From the NCBI RefSeq assembly GCF_964204645.1, contig NC_134031.1, forward strand, positions 8,556,001-8,620,000: DNA of 64,000 nt, written 5' to 3'. Source of the DNA: Tubulanus polymorphus. Its lineage: Eukaryota; Animalia; Nemertea. The notes under the pieces were generated by a model, which saw only the letters and a list, made by a program, of their open reading frames with translations, did not search any database and was not told the DNA's origin. Of this stretch, positions 12,542 through 24,883 are shown piece after piece. The position numbers and the translations under genes are program-made. Positions within the stretch are counted from its first letter, which is position 1. Each line of letters opens with the position of its first letter.

Positions 12542-14801
12542 TTTGTTAATTGTCATTTAAGATATTTTGTAGTGCCTGGGTTCTGTTTTTCATAGTTGTG
12601 TTATGTTAGCGTTAACAGATGAATCATTATATTGAGGCTGTAGCTTATTGTGGCGAGTTTTATGGAGTTTCAGTTAAATGTTCATCAGGCGGCGTTGAAT
12701 TAGAAATGAAAATGTCAGATTGTTGAGAATTTCAGACCACTTTCCAAGTGGGTATTATGTCCCTGGACCCCTAGTAAATCTATAATTTCATAGAAATGTT
12801 TTTCTATTTTGAATTCTCACTTTATTTCATATTTTCATTAGGCCTATATGCTCAATAGGGTCTGCATAATGTAATACAATCGGCATGGGTAGGCTACTAC
12901 ATTTGACTCAGAAAATACAGTACGTAGTGATCTGACTTAGGCGTACTTAACACTAACTGCATTGGCTATCCACAACCCTTTGTCATCTATATGTCTTATA
13001 TGATGTGCTGTGATGTCTTGGTTTATATGTCTATGGCCTAGACCATTCCAAGAGGTATTAATTATCACTTCTTGGGAATTTGAAGAAGACAATGTGTCTG
13101 TATTGAGTTTTATCATTTGAATTATGTTTTACTGTTTTGTAGGTAGAAAAGCAGTGTGATGTTTTCGTGATTTTGCAACAATTTTAAGTGAATGGGCCTC
13201 TTTGGTAATGAACATTTGATGTGCATACCTAAATATCTTGGAATATTGCTTAACTTGGAATATTGCCTTGCTCAGAGTCCAGGTTCACCTAGCATTTGAA
13301 TTTTTTGGGGGGCGGGCAGAGAAACCCCCAAAAAGGTCAATTCTATAGGATATAAGAATTACATTTGTAAAAAGGGCACTTTTTCAAAATTTCGGCTAAA
13401 TACGGCCCTAGATTAGAGTTTTGAATCAATACATTTCTAAAATTTGTTCATTCAAAACTCTACTATATGTGAAGCCAAATGATTTGAAGTTTTCATTTCA
13501 AACCAAAAATTAAAGCCTTTTCATAAACGAGTGTATTGATAGTGTCATTTATCAACAGCTACGTTTCATCAATTTCGCCTTTGTTTTCTATGCAACAGCA
13601 AATTCGCTCACATCACATTATCAGAATTACATGTATTTGGCAATATGTTTGGGTCTCCTGTCATCTGAATCAGTTAAGTAATCTGGATATTGATATTTTG
13701 TATTATTATTCATATGTAAGTATGATTAGGATTTCTAGAACTTTATTAGACCCGATTCATTTTATTAGCCTCAAATTCTACTGTTAAATGGGTTTACTGT
13801 GTGATGTATGAAATATCGAGCTATGTTTAAATTTGTACATGTACAATTGTAGTACAGTTAACTCAGTTCAAAGATGTCAATGACTAATCAGTGGGATGTC
13901 TGTGGGGGTCTGGAAGAAACCCCATGAAATTTTGAGGTCCTTCAAAAAGTCCCATCCTCAAAAATTACTGACTGAATTGATTGGTAGTCAAATTAACCTT
14001 AAACAACTGAAAAATATCAAATTTTTGTTGTGGCAATTAGCTAGTTTACCATTCTAAAAGTTCTAAAATGTCATTGAGTATGTGACCTACAAAATCGCAG
14101 CGAAGCTTGGAAATGTGTCCTTGACTTGTTAAGTGGATTTCTTCTTAAGTGAATTGTTAAATATTTTGACCCTGGATCCGCCACTGCGGTTGTCGTCATT
14201 GCATTCATGTTTCGCAGAAAGTTTGTATTATACTGTCAAACTTTGGATAAGCACCTACCTTTTATTTTGTGGTTGGATCCAAGATTGCTGAATAGTGGTC
14301 ATATTTGTTTTCTTGGATGCTTGATAAAGACGATGTCAGATGAACTTCTAAATGAAGTTTAGATAACACATGTAAAGATGTGTTGCAGTTATACGGTACA
14401 GGGTTTCAGAAAATGCTACCCAACTTTTAAGAGTAATTATTCATTAACTAAAAATTGAAATACATTTTTTGGGAGGTAAGGTTGGTAGACCTGGATGTTA
14501 GTTCGAGGATGAAATGTTCATGTGCAATGATAAGCCATGCATGGCTGAGCACTAGTCTGTTTATGATTCGCCATGAAAATGTCATGGAACCAAAATTATG
14601 GATTGTTCCATTGTGTATGTTTATTGTTGAATGACCAGCATCCAGTTGAAAAATTGTTTTAAAACCACCAAATCATGGGATTTCACTCCTTGTGATATTT
14701 TCCTGCGATGAATTGAGAAAACCAAGGTATTCATAACACCACCTCCAGTAGGAAGTGAAGACATGTTGGGATAGTAACAGATTTTGAGAAATCTGATTTT
14801 C

Positions 14802-14980
14802 AGTGTGTCTACACCGCAGTGCGTTGTATGAATCGGTGATGGATTTTGCTAGTACACCGCACTGCGGTGTATTGATGTAATTAGTAATTAGTTTTAATCT
14901 CTATTGAAAGATGGCAGCACCTGTAAAAGATAGTGAAATATTAGTAACTAATGATACACTGCACCGCGGTGTAGACACAC
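14802..14980. mobile_element. Short palindromic MITE
   Basis: AGTGTGTCTACACCGCAGTGC ... GCACCGCGGTGTAGACACACT inverted ends. Confidence 0.5.
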
Positions 14981-15313
14981 TTTGGTGGTAATCCCGTTAT
15001 TCAACACACGAGGGAGAATTTTTTCAAAATTTTCAAATTATCTCCAGCACTATAGGGTATTGATCAGTCAGCACTGAAAGGGTTGAGGAGATCTGTCAGC
15101 AAAGTGTTTATTAATTAATGAAGGCATTGCAATAATCCTCATATCTTTTATTGGTTCAACTCCATTTTAAACACCATTCAAAAACATGCTAGTGCTCAGC
15201 CAAGCTCGACTTATTTTTGCATTTCAACATTCCATCCTCAAGCAAACATCCAAGTCAAACAACTTTTCTCCCAGGGTCCGATCTAAGCACTCTGATTGCC
15301 CGGGACAAGTATA

Positions 15314-16204
15314 CAGTCAACCCCCGATATACCGCCCACATCGGTTCAGAATAATTTTGGCAGTATAGGGAGTATGGCGGTATATGGTAGGTGTTTTACC
15401 ATGTATTTGTTTAGAGATGTACAGTCATACCTTGATTTAACCCCCCTACCGCCCCTTGCATACTGCCCTCCTAGTACAATCCTATACAAATGTATTACAA
15501 TATTTCCTGATTAACCGCCATCGTAAAAGTTAAGTAACTCAATCCGCAATTTTATTACAATACGCCACCATAAAACTACCGATGACCTCGTTCATCGATC
15601 CGATGTCATCACTGTGTTGCAAGTCTTGCCCTCCAGTAAGGTTTGTACGGTAATTAAAACTATTATATTAGATGGCACCGACAGCGCTGAAACGAATTGA
15701 ATTAACGGTAAAAGAAAAAACAGGAGGAATAAAGATCCATCGCAACTGAAAATAGCCGACCATTTTTTCTGACAATGATTTACAGCCATATATACATTAA
15801 AGGCGGCGTAGAGTAGCGATGTCTATTTATGAATTGATCAGCGTTTGGTATCGTAGTATGAACCGTAAATGTCGCATGTGATATGATTCCTACTTCAAGC
15901 CTATGATGTTTTCCTGATGATACGCCCCGATGTTTATTATGTAAAAAGTTTTTAATTGTGAAAGGATGTTTTTTCAGATTTTTTCTTAATTCATCACATC
16001 AATATACATCGTAGCCTACTGAGTAGACAATAGGTTGGTTATTTGAGTGACTCGACATAAACCCTTTACCGCCACACTCTATTTACCGCCAAAACAAGGA
16101 ATCCTCAAGGGCGGCTTTAAATCGAGGTATGACTGTACATTGAGAAAACCTGGCGGTACATGGGGTGGCGGTTTATGGGAGGGCAGTATTTCAGGGGTTG
16201 ACTG
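15314..16204. mobile_element. Tc1/mariner-pogo-type MITE (outer) containing a nested related MITE at 15422-16135
   Basis: Outer TA-CAGTCAACCCC...GGGGTTGACTG-TA; inner TA-CAGTCATACCTTGATTTAA...TTAAATCGAGGTATGACTG-TA; partial related copy from 19912. Confidence 0.7.
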
Positions 16205-17301
16205 TATTTTCATTAGGGCAAGTAGGCTATCGTTATCACTTGTCCACCGGGCTATAGTGCAATTTTATGTGTCAAGCTTTTTTCCCACTTGATATAACTG
16301 GCGATTTTGTGCACCAATCACACTGCCGAGGTAGGGCAAGTTGATTTTTGAGGGGTAAGCAAAATTTCAGATATGCTTGCCCCACGGGCAATTGGCTTCT
16401 ATTCCTAAGATTGAACCCTGTACTCCCCAAAAATCTATTTCAATAACAGTTAATGACTAATTAATCTCAAAGCTATGGTTACACATTTTTAGACCCTATA
16501 TAGTCGGTGGAATGAAAAGCCCCTGCGTTAAGTTTCAAAGTCACATGATATTACATGTGGCATCCAAGGGGTTGCTAAATATTTGAAAAAGTCATGATTT
16601 CAGGTCATCTTCTAAACGAAATATATTTCGTTACAAAGATGTGTTGCAGATATGCAGCCCAAAATATGCTCGAGTTGTTCTAGACTTTATTTTCGATCAC
16701 TGATTATCTCACACATTTGAGTGACTTTGTACGTATGAAATAATTCACTTAAATTGGCTTCCACTTCTCCAAGTTTCTTGTTGGATGCCCCCAAATTCCC
16801 CACAAGGCTACTACATTACTACCCATTCTCCTACTAGAATTGTTCAGCTTTCAACCCCCATCACTTCATTCCTTTTTGCATGAATTGACCATGAGACTTC
16901 ATTTCCCAGGATTTTTGACTGGGGTTATTGGTTCTAAATAAAGCACAACTCTGATAAAAAGGACAAATTCCTGTGAGTTGAAAACAATGGCACATGGTGT
17001 AATTGAATGCTGATAAAAATACCCTCTAAATGAATCGAAAGCCCCTTGCTGATTTTGGTATGTGGTTGTAGCCCTTTTTGAAAATTTGTTAAAATGTAGG
17101 GGATTCTTCTGAACCCTGATACCGTGAGTGACTGGACAATTAAAGTATAGGTTAAGAAATTTTATCTAATATGAATAACCAATACTTATCAGAAAATAGG
17201 AACCGATTTTGAGTGACCTGATGTATAAATTTGTAGGTCATAAGTGTTGCATAAATTCGTAAGGTCCCAAGAGCTACTATTTACGCAAGTTTGACTATAT
17301 A

Positions 17302-17466
17302 CAGTGGAACCTCCTTACAACATACTTGACGGGACCAGAAAATATGTCGTTATAACCGATAGTTTGTTATATCCCTATGAAAATAACCAAATTGGCCTAG
17401 GGACGAAATTCTATATTTGTTATATCCGATCATTGTATCTGAGTTCGTTATATCGAGGTTCCACTG
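17302..17466. mobile_element. Tigger/pogo-type MITE
   Basis: TA-CAGTGGAACCTC ... GAGGTTCCACTG-TA. Confidence 0.7.
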
Positions 17467-17759
17467 TATTTCATTTGGTTGAAATAAGTCTCTTTCTATG
17501 ATTAAGGCAATGCTTATATTGTATGGATATTGCCAGTACAATAAGGGTAGTCGACTGTATGTTTTATTCAATCCGCATCCTGGATACGATTGTTATGTAT
17601 GTATACTGGTGTTTTACGAATGGAGTAATATCTACAATAAATGAAGTTGATTGTGACATTGAAAGATATATAACATGCTTGTGTTTTTTTGATTTTCATC
17701 TTGTGTTAAAGTAACATTCAGGAGACTTCACTTACTTCAGATGTGGCAATACACAAACT

Positions 17760-18500
17760 TTTTGGTTTACCTTTGTCAGCGATATGAAGTTGGCATTGAG
17801 CCAATTTCATGTAAAATCGCGGTACGTTTTTTAATGTGAGCATTTGTTTCATTGGTTCTCGGGTTAAACGACGTATAATCGATGCGCTTGAAGACATGAC
17901 GAACCTCCGTCGATGTATATGGTCAACTTTGTTAAAATTCTACGATAAACTGTTTTTGACGGGAACATTCTTAGCTCTCGCGTATAAAATTGCAATGACC
18001 TCGATTGGGGGGCGTTGTCTCTACGAGCGAATGTGATTGGCTGTTTTTGGGATATACGGGGCATTCCGGCGCTACTAAAATAATTATGGGAAAGCCATAG
18101 AATGGCGAACGTTTCATTGGACTAGTGCCGTATATGTGCAAATTTCAAATGCTCATTGCTGATGAGAATGTAATTATTATCCGCCATCGGTATTGTTTCA
18201 TTTTAATACCCGGTGATTGATTTGAGTGACACTGAAGTGCAAGCGAAGATTCACAAGGCCTCCACGTGCGCGTGGAGTGCTGTAGACTGTTGCACACACA
18301 AACACACGTGTATACACTACTATAGTGATACTGTAAACGCTGCTTGCTGGCGCGTCTGACATTTCATCAACAGAAGATGAGCGCTATGTTTTTCTGTATG
18401 ATATAATTTATAATAAATTTTAATTTCTTGTGACCTGAAAATATTAAGCAGCAAACTACAAGTATAGGTCGAGGTCTGAATATTGTAGTAGTAAATTCCA
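17760..18500 (+). repeat. Dispersed repeat, copy 1 (copy 2 at ~63128-63890)
   Basis: ~740-bp colinear similarity starting TTTTGGTTTACCTTTGTCAGC. Confidence 0.75.
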
Positions 18501-18801
18501 GGATTTAAAACGATCTGATACACCGATTTCTTACTGCGCCGGTTTAGATTCCGCGGCCATACATCGGAAGAGGTTTCCAAGACTAAATATTCAGCCACCC
18601 TCTGATATGTGACATCATATGAATTTTATTTGAATATTTTTTCATATTGTGAAAAATATTTCTTTGAAAATATAAAATAGTTTCCCTGCCGCGCCTACCA
18701 GTACCCTACGAAATGTATATTTTTGGTCTTATTTGACTACAAAATAATTCTTTGAGAAAGATGAAATACAATATAGAACTTTGAAGTCACGAATTAAAAA
18801 G

Positions 18802-19633
18802 ATTTTTGATGGGTTTCGTCGTCAGACGAACCCATCTATGGCATCGTCGTCATGTCTGTCTGTCTGTCTGTCCGTCTGTGGATGTTTCTTTATGACACGA
18901 TTTAAGCTGTTTGTGTGGACCGACAATTCTGTAATTTCACACAGGTATTCTCTACTTGATGTAGATGGTGCAGCTTGGTTTATATTTGATTCCGATGGTT
19001 ATAAGTGCTCTAATTTGGTTAAAAGATAATTAACGTTACTCGCTAGTTCAAGCCGCTGTATAGCGCGTTGCTACGACGACGCTCGATCAACATACTGGTA
19101 CTCGCTGTGTAATACTGAACACGTATATACCTGTAGATATTGATCGTACTAGCACCGGTTTTAGATAGCGCACGCGCTGATCGGTCTTTACACTTCTCAG
19201 AACTGCTGTGCTAAATGCTGAAATGCCGAATCTATGCGCAATCATTAATTGGGCTCGTCACATTTGATAGTGAATGGATAAATAAACGGTGACACATGGT
19301 GGGGCGGGTTGTGAGGAGCATCAAAACTAATCCGTCACAAATAATAGATAGAAAACAATACCTTAAGAGGTTTATTAACATCATTACCAAATCAAAACCT
19401 GCACATCCTATCATAAATAGAAATTCTAAGAATTTATTTCAAAGAATAATAAATTACGTCTAAATATTGGGATTCGAACTCGTAGCATCGATTCAGGTGC
19501 CTTTCCCAAAGCGGGTATCCCGCGGGGAAAACCCATTACTATTTATATCGAGAATCGCGTTTTTGACAGCGAGTTCGGTGAATGAAACAGAAACAATTAC
19601 ACAGAAACCCATCATGGAAAGTTTCTTTCTGGT
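18802..19633 (+). mobile_element. HINE-like element, family C
   Basis: 5' hairpin GATGGGTTTCGTCGTCAGACGAACCCATC, (GTCT)n microsatellite, 3' subTIR GAAACCCATC followed by a short stem-loop. Confidence 0.55.
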
Positions 19634-20255
19634 TCAAGCAATGCCCTTACCCCAAACAACCTCTAGCTTTCAAGGTAAACCACACTTTGCCCATGGCCAA
19701 TTTATTTAGGGGATCTGCTCTGTGGCTACTCTAGAATCTTAATTTTTTATTCCATCATTAGTTTACTGTGGTTTAAGTGAATTTGATTTCCAAAATACGT
19801 AAGTATGTAAAAAAACACTGGTGGAATTTCGACAAATTTTTCTCACTGCTCATATCCAAGCCCGCAGTGTTAATATCGGTTGAGAGGAAATTTATGATGT
19901 CAAAACACATACAGTCATACCTCGATTCACTGCCAACCTCGTCTACCGCCTGGATTTCATGGAAAACAGAACATTTGTATCTAAAACGTACAGGAAAACC
20001 TGATTTACCGCCCCTCGCATACCGCCACCGCTAACGTAATCTAGTACAATCCTATACAAATGTATTACAATATTTCCCGCTTTACCGCCATCGTAGAATT
20101 GAGTTATTCAATCCTCTTATTGATCGGATAACCGAAATGTATTATTAGGTTTCTATGCAACATACATTATACATGTAATCGGCCCTGCGAGAAAAGTGAA
20201 ACTGTATTATTAAGATGGCGCCGTCAGCAAAACGAATTGCCTTAACAGTAAAAGA

Positions 20256-20579
20256 ACTAGGAGTCCAGGGACACCATGCCCACTTGGGAAGTGGTTTCAA
20301 TTGCTCAACAATCTAACAATTTCAACATTCAACGCCCCCTGGTGACCATTTACAAAAACCAATGACCATGAAACTGACCACAATAGTAGGACATGTCAGC
20401 AGCTACAATTTTGTAATCGATTGTGATAACAAAATATGCCTCGTTACCAATTTAATATGGAAATACTTAGTCATTCTACTATTCAACGCCCCCTGGTGAC
20501 CATATTCAAAACCCAATGACCTCGAAACTCACCACAATCATAGAACATGTCATGAACTACAACTTTGCAATTGATCATG
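20256..20579 (-). mobile_element. HINE family A 3' fragment, cut at the start of element 1
   Basis: Reverse complement of the family A 3' end and two ~120-bp units. Confidence 0.7.
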
Positions 20580-20694
20580 AGTAATAGGGGTAATAGGCTT
20601 TCAGGCCAAAGGTCGAACGGTCGAGAAATTTTCCAAATGTGAAAATAACAATAATTTCTACTTGTATTAGTCGCGTACACTCCTAATTCAAACC

Positions 20695-22231
20695 TAAAAT
20701 GTTTTAACATTGATCCTTGTCATTCTCATTCTAGTCCAGGATTAACTTGGGATTGTGGTTTAAAATTTACAGATATAGAAATGGATTTGTTAATAAATAT
20801 AGATCAATTATTATTATTTGAAAAGTCTATAAGAGGAGGAGTTTCGGGTGTATTAGGGGATAGATATTTCAATGTAAATGATAACCCTGCATAAGTTATT
20901 ATATATAGATGCAAATAATTTGTATGGTTGGGCAATGATGGAACCACAACCTTATGGAGTATTTGAAATAAGTGAAGTTTTACAACATGAAAATAATGAC
21001 AAATTTGATTGGAAGAAAAGAATCCTAGATATTGCAGATGATTCAGAGACTGGTTACTTCTTTGTTGTAGATTTAGAATATCCTGAAAATATTAAATTTA
21101 AATCTAGAAATCTAGCATACTGTCCCGAACATAAAACTGTAACTCATGAAGAATTATCAAATTATTAAAAAAGAATTAAACCCGAAAATTATATTCATAC
21201 AGAAAAGTTAATGGTAACTCAAGCAGATAAATATGATTATGTAGTACATTATAGAATGTTGAAGTTTTATTTGAATCAAGGAATGATCCTAAAAAAAGTA
21301 CATAGATATATTTCATTCAGTCAATCTAAATGGTTAGAAAAATATATAGATTTTAACACCAAATAGAGAACTGAAGCTAAAACTGATTTCGAGAAAGATT
21401 TCTTCAAGTTAATGAACAATGCATTCTATGGAAAAACTTGTGAAAATATTAGAAATAGAAATGATATTGAGTTAGTTAGTAATGGTAAAAGAATTAGACA
21501 TTTACAAACATATCCTTAATTTATAGGTAACAGAATATTTGATGAAAATTTAGCCGCAGTTAAAATGAGAAGAACATCAATGAAATTTAATAAACCAATT
21601 TATGTTGGTGCTTCAGTTTTAGAAATATCAAAGCTATTGATGTATGAATTCTATTATAATGTATTACAACCTAATTTTGGAGAAAAACATATAGAAATCT
21701 TATATTTTGATACTGACAGTTACATATTAAAGATAAAAACTAATAACATAACTGATGATTAAAAAACATCATTTTGATTTCAGTTATTATCCTAAAAATC
21801 ATGAATTGTTTAGCAATGATAATAAAAAAGTTCCTGGTAAATTCAAAGATGAATTAGGTGGTGAAGAAATGATTGAATTCATTGGTATTAGATCTAAAAT
21901 GTATTCATATAAAAACTAAAGAACATGAAGCTAAAAAGTTAAAAGGAATAACCAAAAGTGTAGAAGAAAAGAATATTCATTTCAAAGATTACATCAATTG
22001 TATATTCAATGAAGAAGTTAGAAAACATAAGATGAGATGTTTAAGATCTGAAGATCATGAGATGTTTATTGAAGAGATAAGATAAGTCTAAACCCATTTG
22101 ATGATAAAAGATATATTTTAGATGATGGAATTCATACAGTTGCATATGGTTGTAATTTAGATGAATACTTAAAATTTAAAAGAGAAGAAACAAAAGAGAA
22201 CGAGATTATGAACAGGATTCTAACGTGTTAA
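20695..22231 (+). pseudogene. Protein-primed family B DNA polymerase, C-terminal part, intein-free allele
   Basis: YIDANNLYGWAM (motif A), KLMNNAFYGK (motif B), ILYFDTDSY (motif C); several stops and frameshifts. Confidence 0.9.
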
Positions 22232-22260
22232 TCAAATTTTGATAAAAATATGTATTATAA

Positions 22261-22614
22261 ATGGAGAGTAAACAAGCACACAGTGAGAACAACAAATTAT
22301 TTCTAGATAGAATAAAAGATACTTCAAATGTCAAATCAGTAGATTATAAATTTAAGAAGTTAAAAGAATTAACAATCCATAAGAAATATCTAATTACAAA
22401 TATTGATACAGTTACTAACAAATATGGAGATAAATTAGTTATACACTTAGAATATGAAGGATTAAAAGGAAATACATATAAATTCAGAACATATTTACCA
22501 GATAGATTTCATAGATTATCAAGTGAAGATCTAGAAGAATTATGTTCTGGTGATTTCTATTTCGTATACAAAGGTAAGAATGAAAAAGGACATCATGAAA
22601 TAGATTTCGAATAA
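22261..22614 (+). CDS. Polinton hypothetical protein (possible ssDNA-binding/OB-fold)
   Basis: 117-aa ORF after PolB; homologous to a frameshifted ORF at 61993-62317 (YLPDRF..LSSEDL...GKNEKGHHEI vs FLPDKW..LSTEEL...GKNEDGHHDL); function is inference. Confidence 0.55.
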   Translation: MESKQAHSENNKLFLDRIKDTSNVKSVDYKFKKLKELTIHKKYLITNIDTVTNKYGDKLVIHLEYEGLKGNTYKFRTYLPDRFHRLSSEDLEELCSGDFYFVYKGKNEKGHHEIDFE

Positions 22615-22631
22615 GAAAATATGTAAAATAA

Positions 22632-23386
22632 ATGGCGGAATTAAAAGAATACAGAATATTTGTTGATTCAAGAAGACTTACAAATTATAAATCACATAAT
22701 TTATTAGTTCAATTAGATAGAGAATTTAAGAATTGTGTAGATTTAAAATTAGTAAATATAAGTTTATGTAATTCTTTTTATAATATATCGGATAAAACTT
22801 TTGAACATAGAGGGTTTATGATTTATATGAGAAATAAAGATAAATGGTTTCATATATTTTTAAAACCAGGATTATATAATTTAGAATCATTAGCGCAGGA
22901 AATTAATAGAAGAGCTCGGTTGAAAATCGGGGGTACTTCTGTATTTGAAATTAAATTTAATAAAATTGATAGTACTAATAAAATAAGAATAAAGATTTCT
23001 AATGAACAACATCAATTTATGGTAAACAAACCACTGGCTAAAATGTTAGGAATTAAACCGCTTACAGTTACTAGAAACGTAGAAGGCATCTCAAATATGA
23101 TACCTTTTACACATTTTTATATTTATTGCAATTTAATCGATCCTACAAAACTTTCGAAGCAACTAAAGAAACAATTTGTAGTTCTAGTATACTAAATATT
23201 TTACCGCTAAAAAATGTTAAACAATTTGGAACTCAAATAAATTATAAATTAACAGAATGTGATTTTAAACCTTGCATTCCTAAATTTAATAATTTTAGAT
23301 TAGAAGTAAGAAATCATAATGGATACTTAATTGATTTGAATAACTTTCCTGTAATTTATGAATTAATTATAAGATGTAAAGAGTAA
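22632..23386 (+). pseudogene. Minor capsid protein (penton), frameshifted
   Basis: NSFYNIS, LKPGLYNLESLAQEIN, LAKMLG, FYIYCNLI and LEVRNHNGYLIDLNNFPVIYEL penton-type motifs across two frames. Confidence 0.75.
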
Positions 23387-23401
23387 TTTTTCACTATATA
23401 A

Positions 23402-23746
23402 ATGAATATAACTGTTGGACCGAGTATATGTTTTGGGTTTGATTTTAAACGTGAGAAAGAAATGAAATTTAACATTAATGATGTAATTATACATATTAAA
23501 AATATTGCATTTTCTAACGAAACAACATTTAAGTATGAAACAACAATAGATAAAGAAACTTTAAATGAAGAAAAGATTACTAATTTAATTAGAGAATCTT
23601 TAAGATTTTATGAATTGGATGAAGATTTTATCATTGATGATATTAAAAAAATAATAATTGAAATATATACAAATGAAACTAGTAATGAAATAAATGTTGA
23701 ATTAATCATAAATAAGTTAACTAAATATTTTGAAGATTTTTTTTGA
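23402..23746 (+). CDS. Polinton hypothetical protein
   Basis: Near-identical to 55214-55570; TAAATG start. Confidence 0.7.
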   Translation: MNITVGPSICFGFDFKREKEMKFNINDVIIHIKNIAFSNETTFKYETTIDKETLNEEKITNLIRESLRFYELDEDFIIDDIKKIIIEIYTNETSNEINVELIINKLTKYFEDFF

Positions 23747-23753
23747 TAAATAA

Positions 23754-23975
23754 ATGAGTGATGATAAGTGGATAATAACTGGATTATATAATGGAGCATT
23801 ACTATCAGTTGGAACTGTTGGTTATATAATGGTATTAAAAAAAGTATTTAAAATGGGAAGTGTTAATGTTGATAGATTTGATATAAATGATATTTTAAAA
23901 TTAACATTAGCAGTTACTTTATCTAATTTAACTATTGATTATTTGGAAAAACAAAAATATATTCCTCCCATATAA
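23754..23975 (+). CDS. Small putative membrane protein
   Basis: Near-identical to 55571-55801; hydrophobic segments. Confidence 0.7.
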   Translation: MSDDKWIITGLYNGALLSVGTVGYIMVLKKVFKMGSVNVDRFDINDILKLTLAVTLSNLTIDYLEKQKYIPPI

Positions 23976-23999
23976 ATGCGTAATTATTTTACTAAATAA

Positions 24000-24421
24000 A
24001 TGGTTTCTGCAGTTATAACTATTATAGGATCTGCAATTGTTAACGCTTTAGCATTTTCTGGTGGTGGATATTTATTTAAACATATTGATAAAAATGGATC
24101 ATTAACAGAACAAAAAATACATAACTTAGCATAAGAGAAATACAATAAAGCAGCAGAAGAATATAGAGAAAAAAGACAAAACTATATGGATTATATTAAC
24201 AAAGAATTATATGATCAGAAGATTTCACATAGAGATTTTCAATCAGTTGATGATGCAATGAGTTTATATAACGCGGTAACCAATAAAGAAAATTACATCT
24301 ATACAAACCTAAATTATCAGATTATTATACCCCAAGTAAAGAACAACAGAAATATGAAATAATATGGATTTTAGGTGGAACAGTTATTGTTATATTTGTA
24401 GCGTATAGATTTACTTATTAG
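24000..24421 (+). pseudogene. Homolog of 55818-56243 (hydrophobic N- and C-termini), frameshifted
   Basis: MVSAVITIIGSAIVNALAFSGGGYLF start; colinear with the element 2 gene. Confidence 0.7.
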
Positions 24422-24441
24422 TAATTTTTTTTTCTAAATAA

Positions 24442-24867
24442 ATGGATGATGATATTGATATTATTCCTCATGATATAAATAAAACTAAATTAAAAATATA
24501 TTAAGAAAAACAAATATAAGAATTTGAAAGTGACTTAAAGATAAAAAAGAAAAAATATTTAAAAAGTAAAATTATATATTATTTGATTATAAGTGGTTCG
24601 GTTACAATTAGTTCTGTAATAACATTTCTAGCAATATTCAGTCCATTAACACCTTTAGCTATATCAATTGGCGTATTAGGATTAAGTTCAAGTGTTTTAA
24701 CTGGTATAAGTTCAAAATTAAATATAAAAAGTAATAAAGAAAAAATTAAAACTAATATAAAAGAAATTAATAAATCAAAGAATACACTAGATTATATAAT
24801 AAGTTTAAATGGTCATATAACAGTTGAAGAACAAGATAAATTATTAAAAGAATTAATAAATTATTAA
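24442..24867 (+). pseudogene. Two-TM coiled-coil protein with an internal stop
   Basis: TAAATG start; matches the N-terminal part of 56263-57561. Confidence 0.65.
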
Positions 24868-24883
24868 TTTTTTAATTATATAA

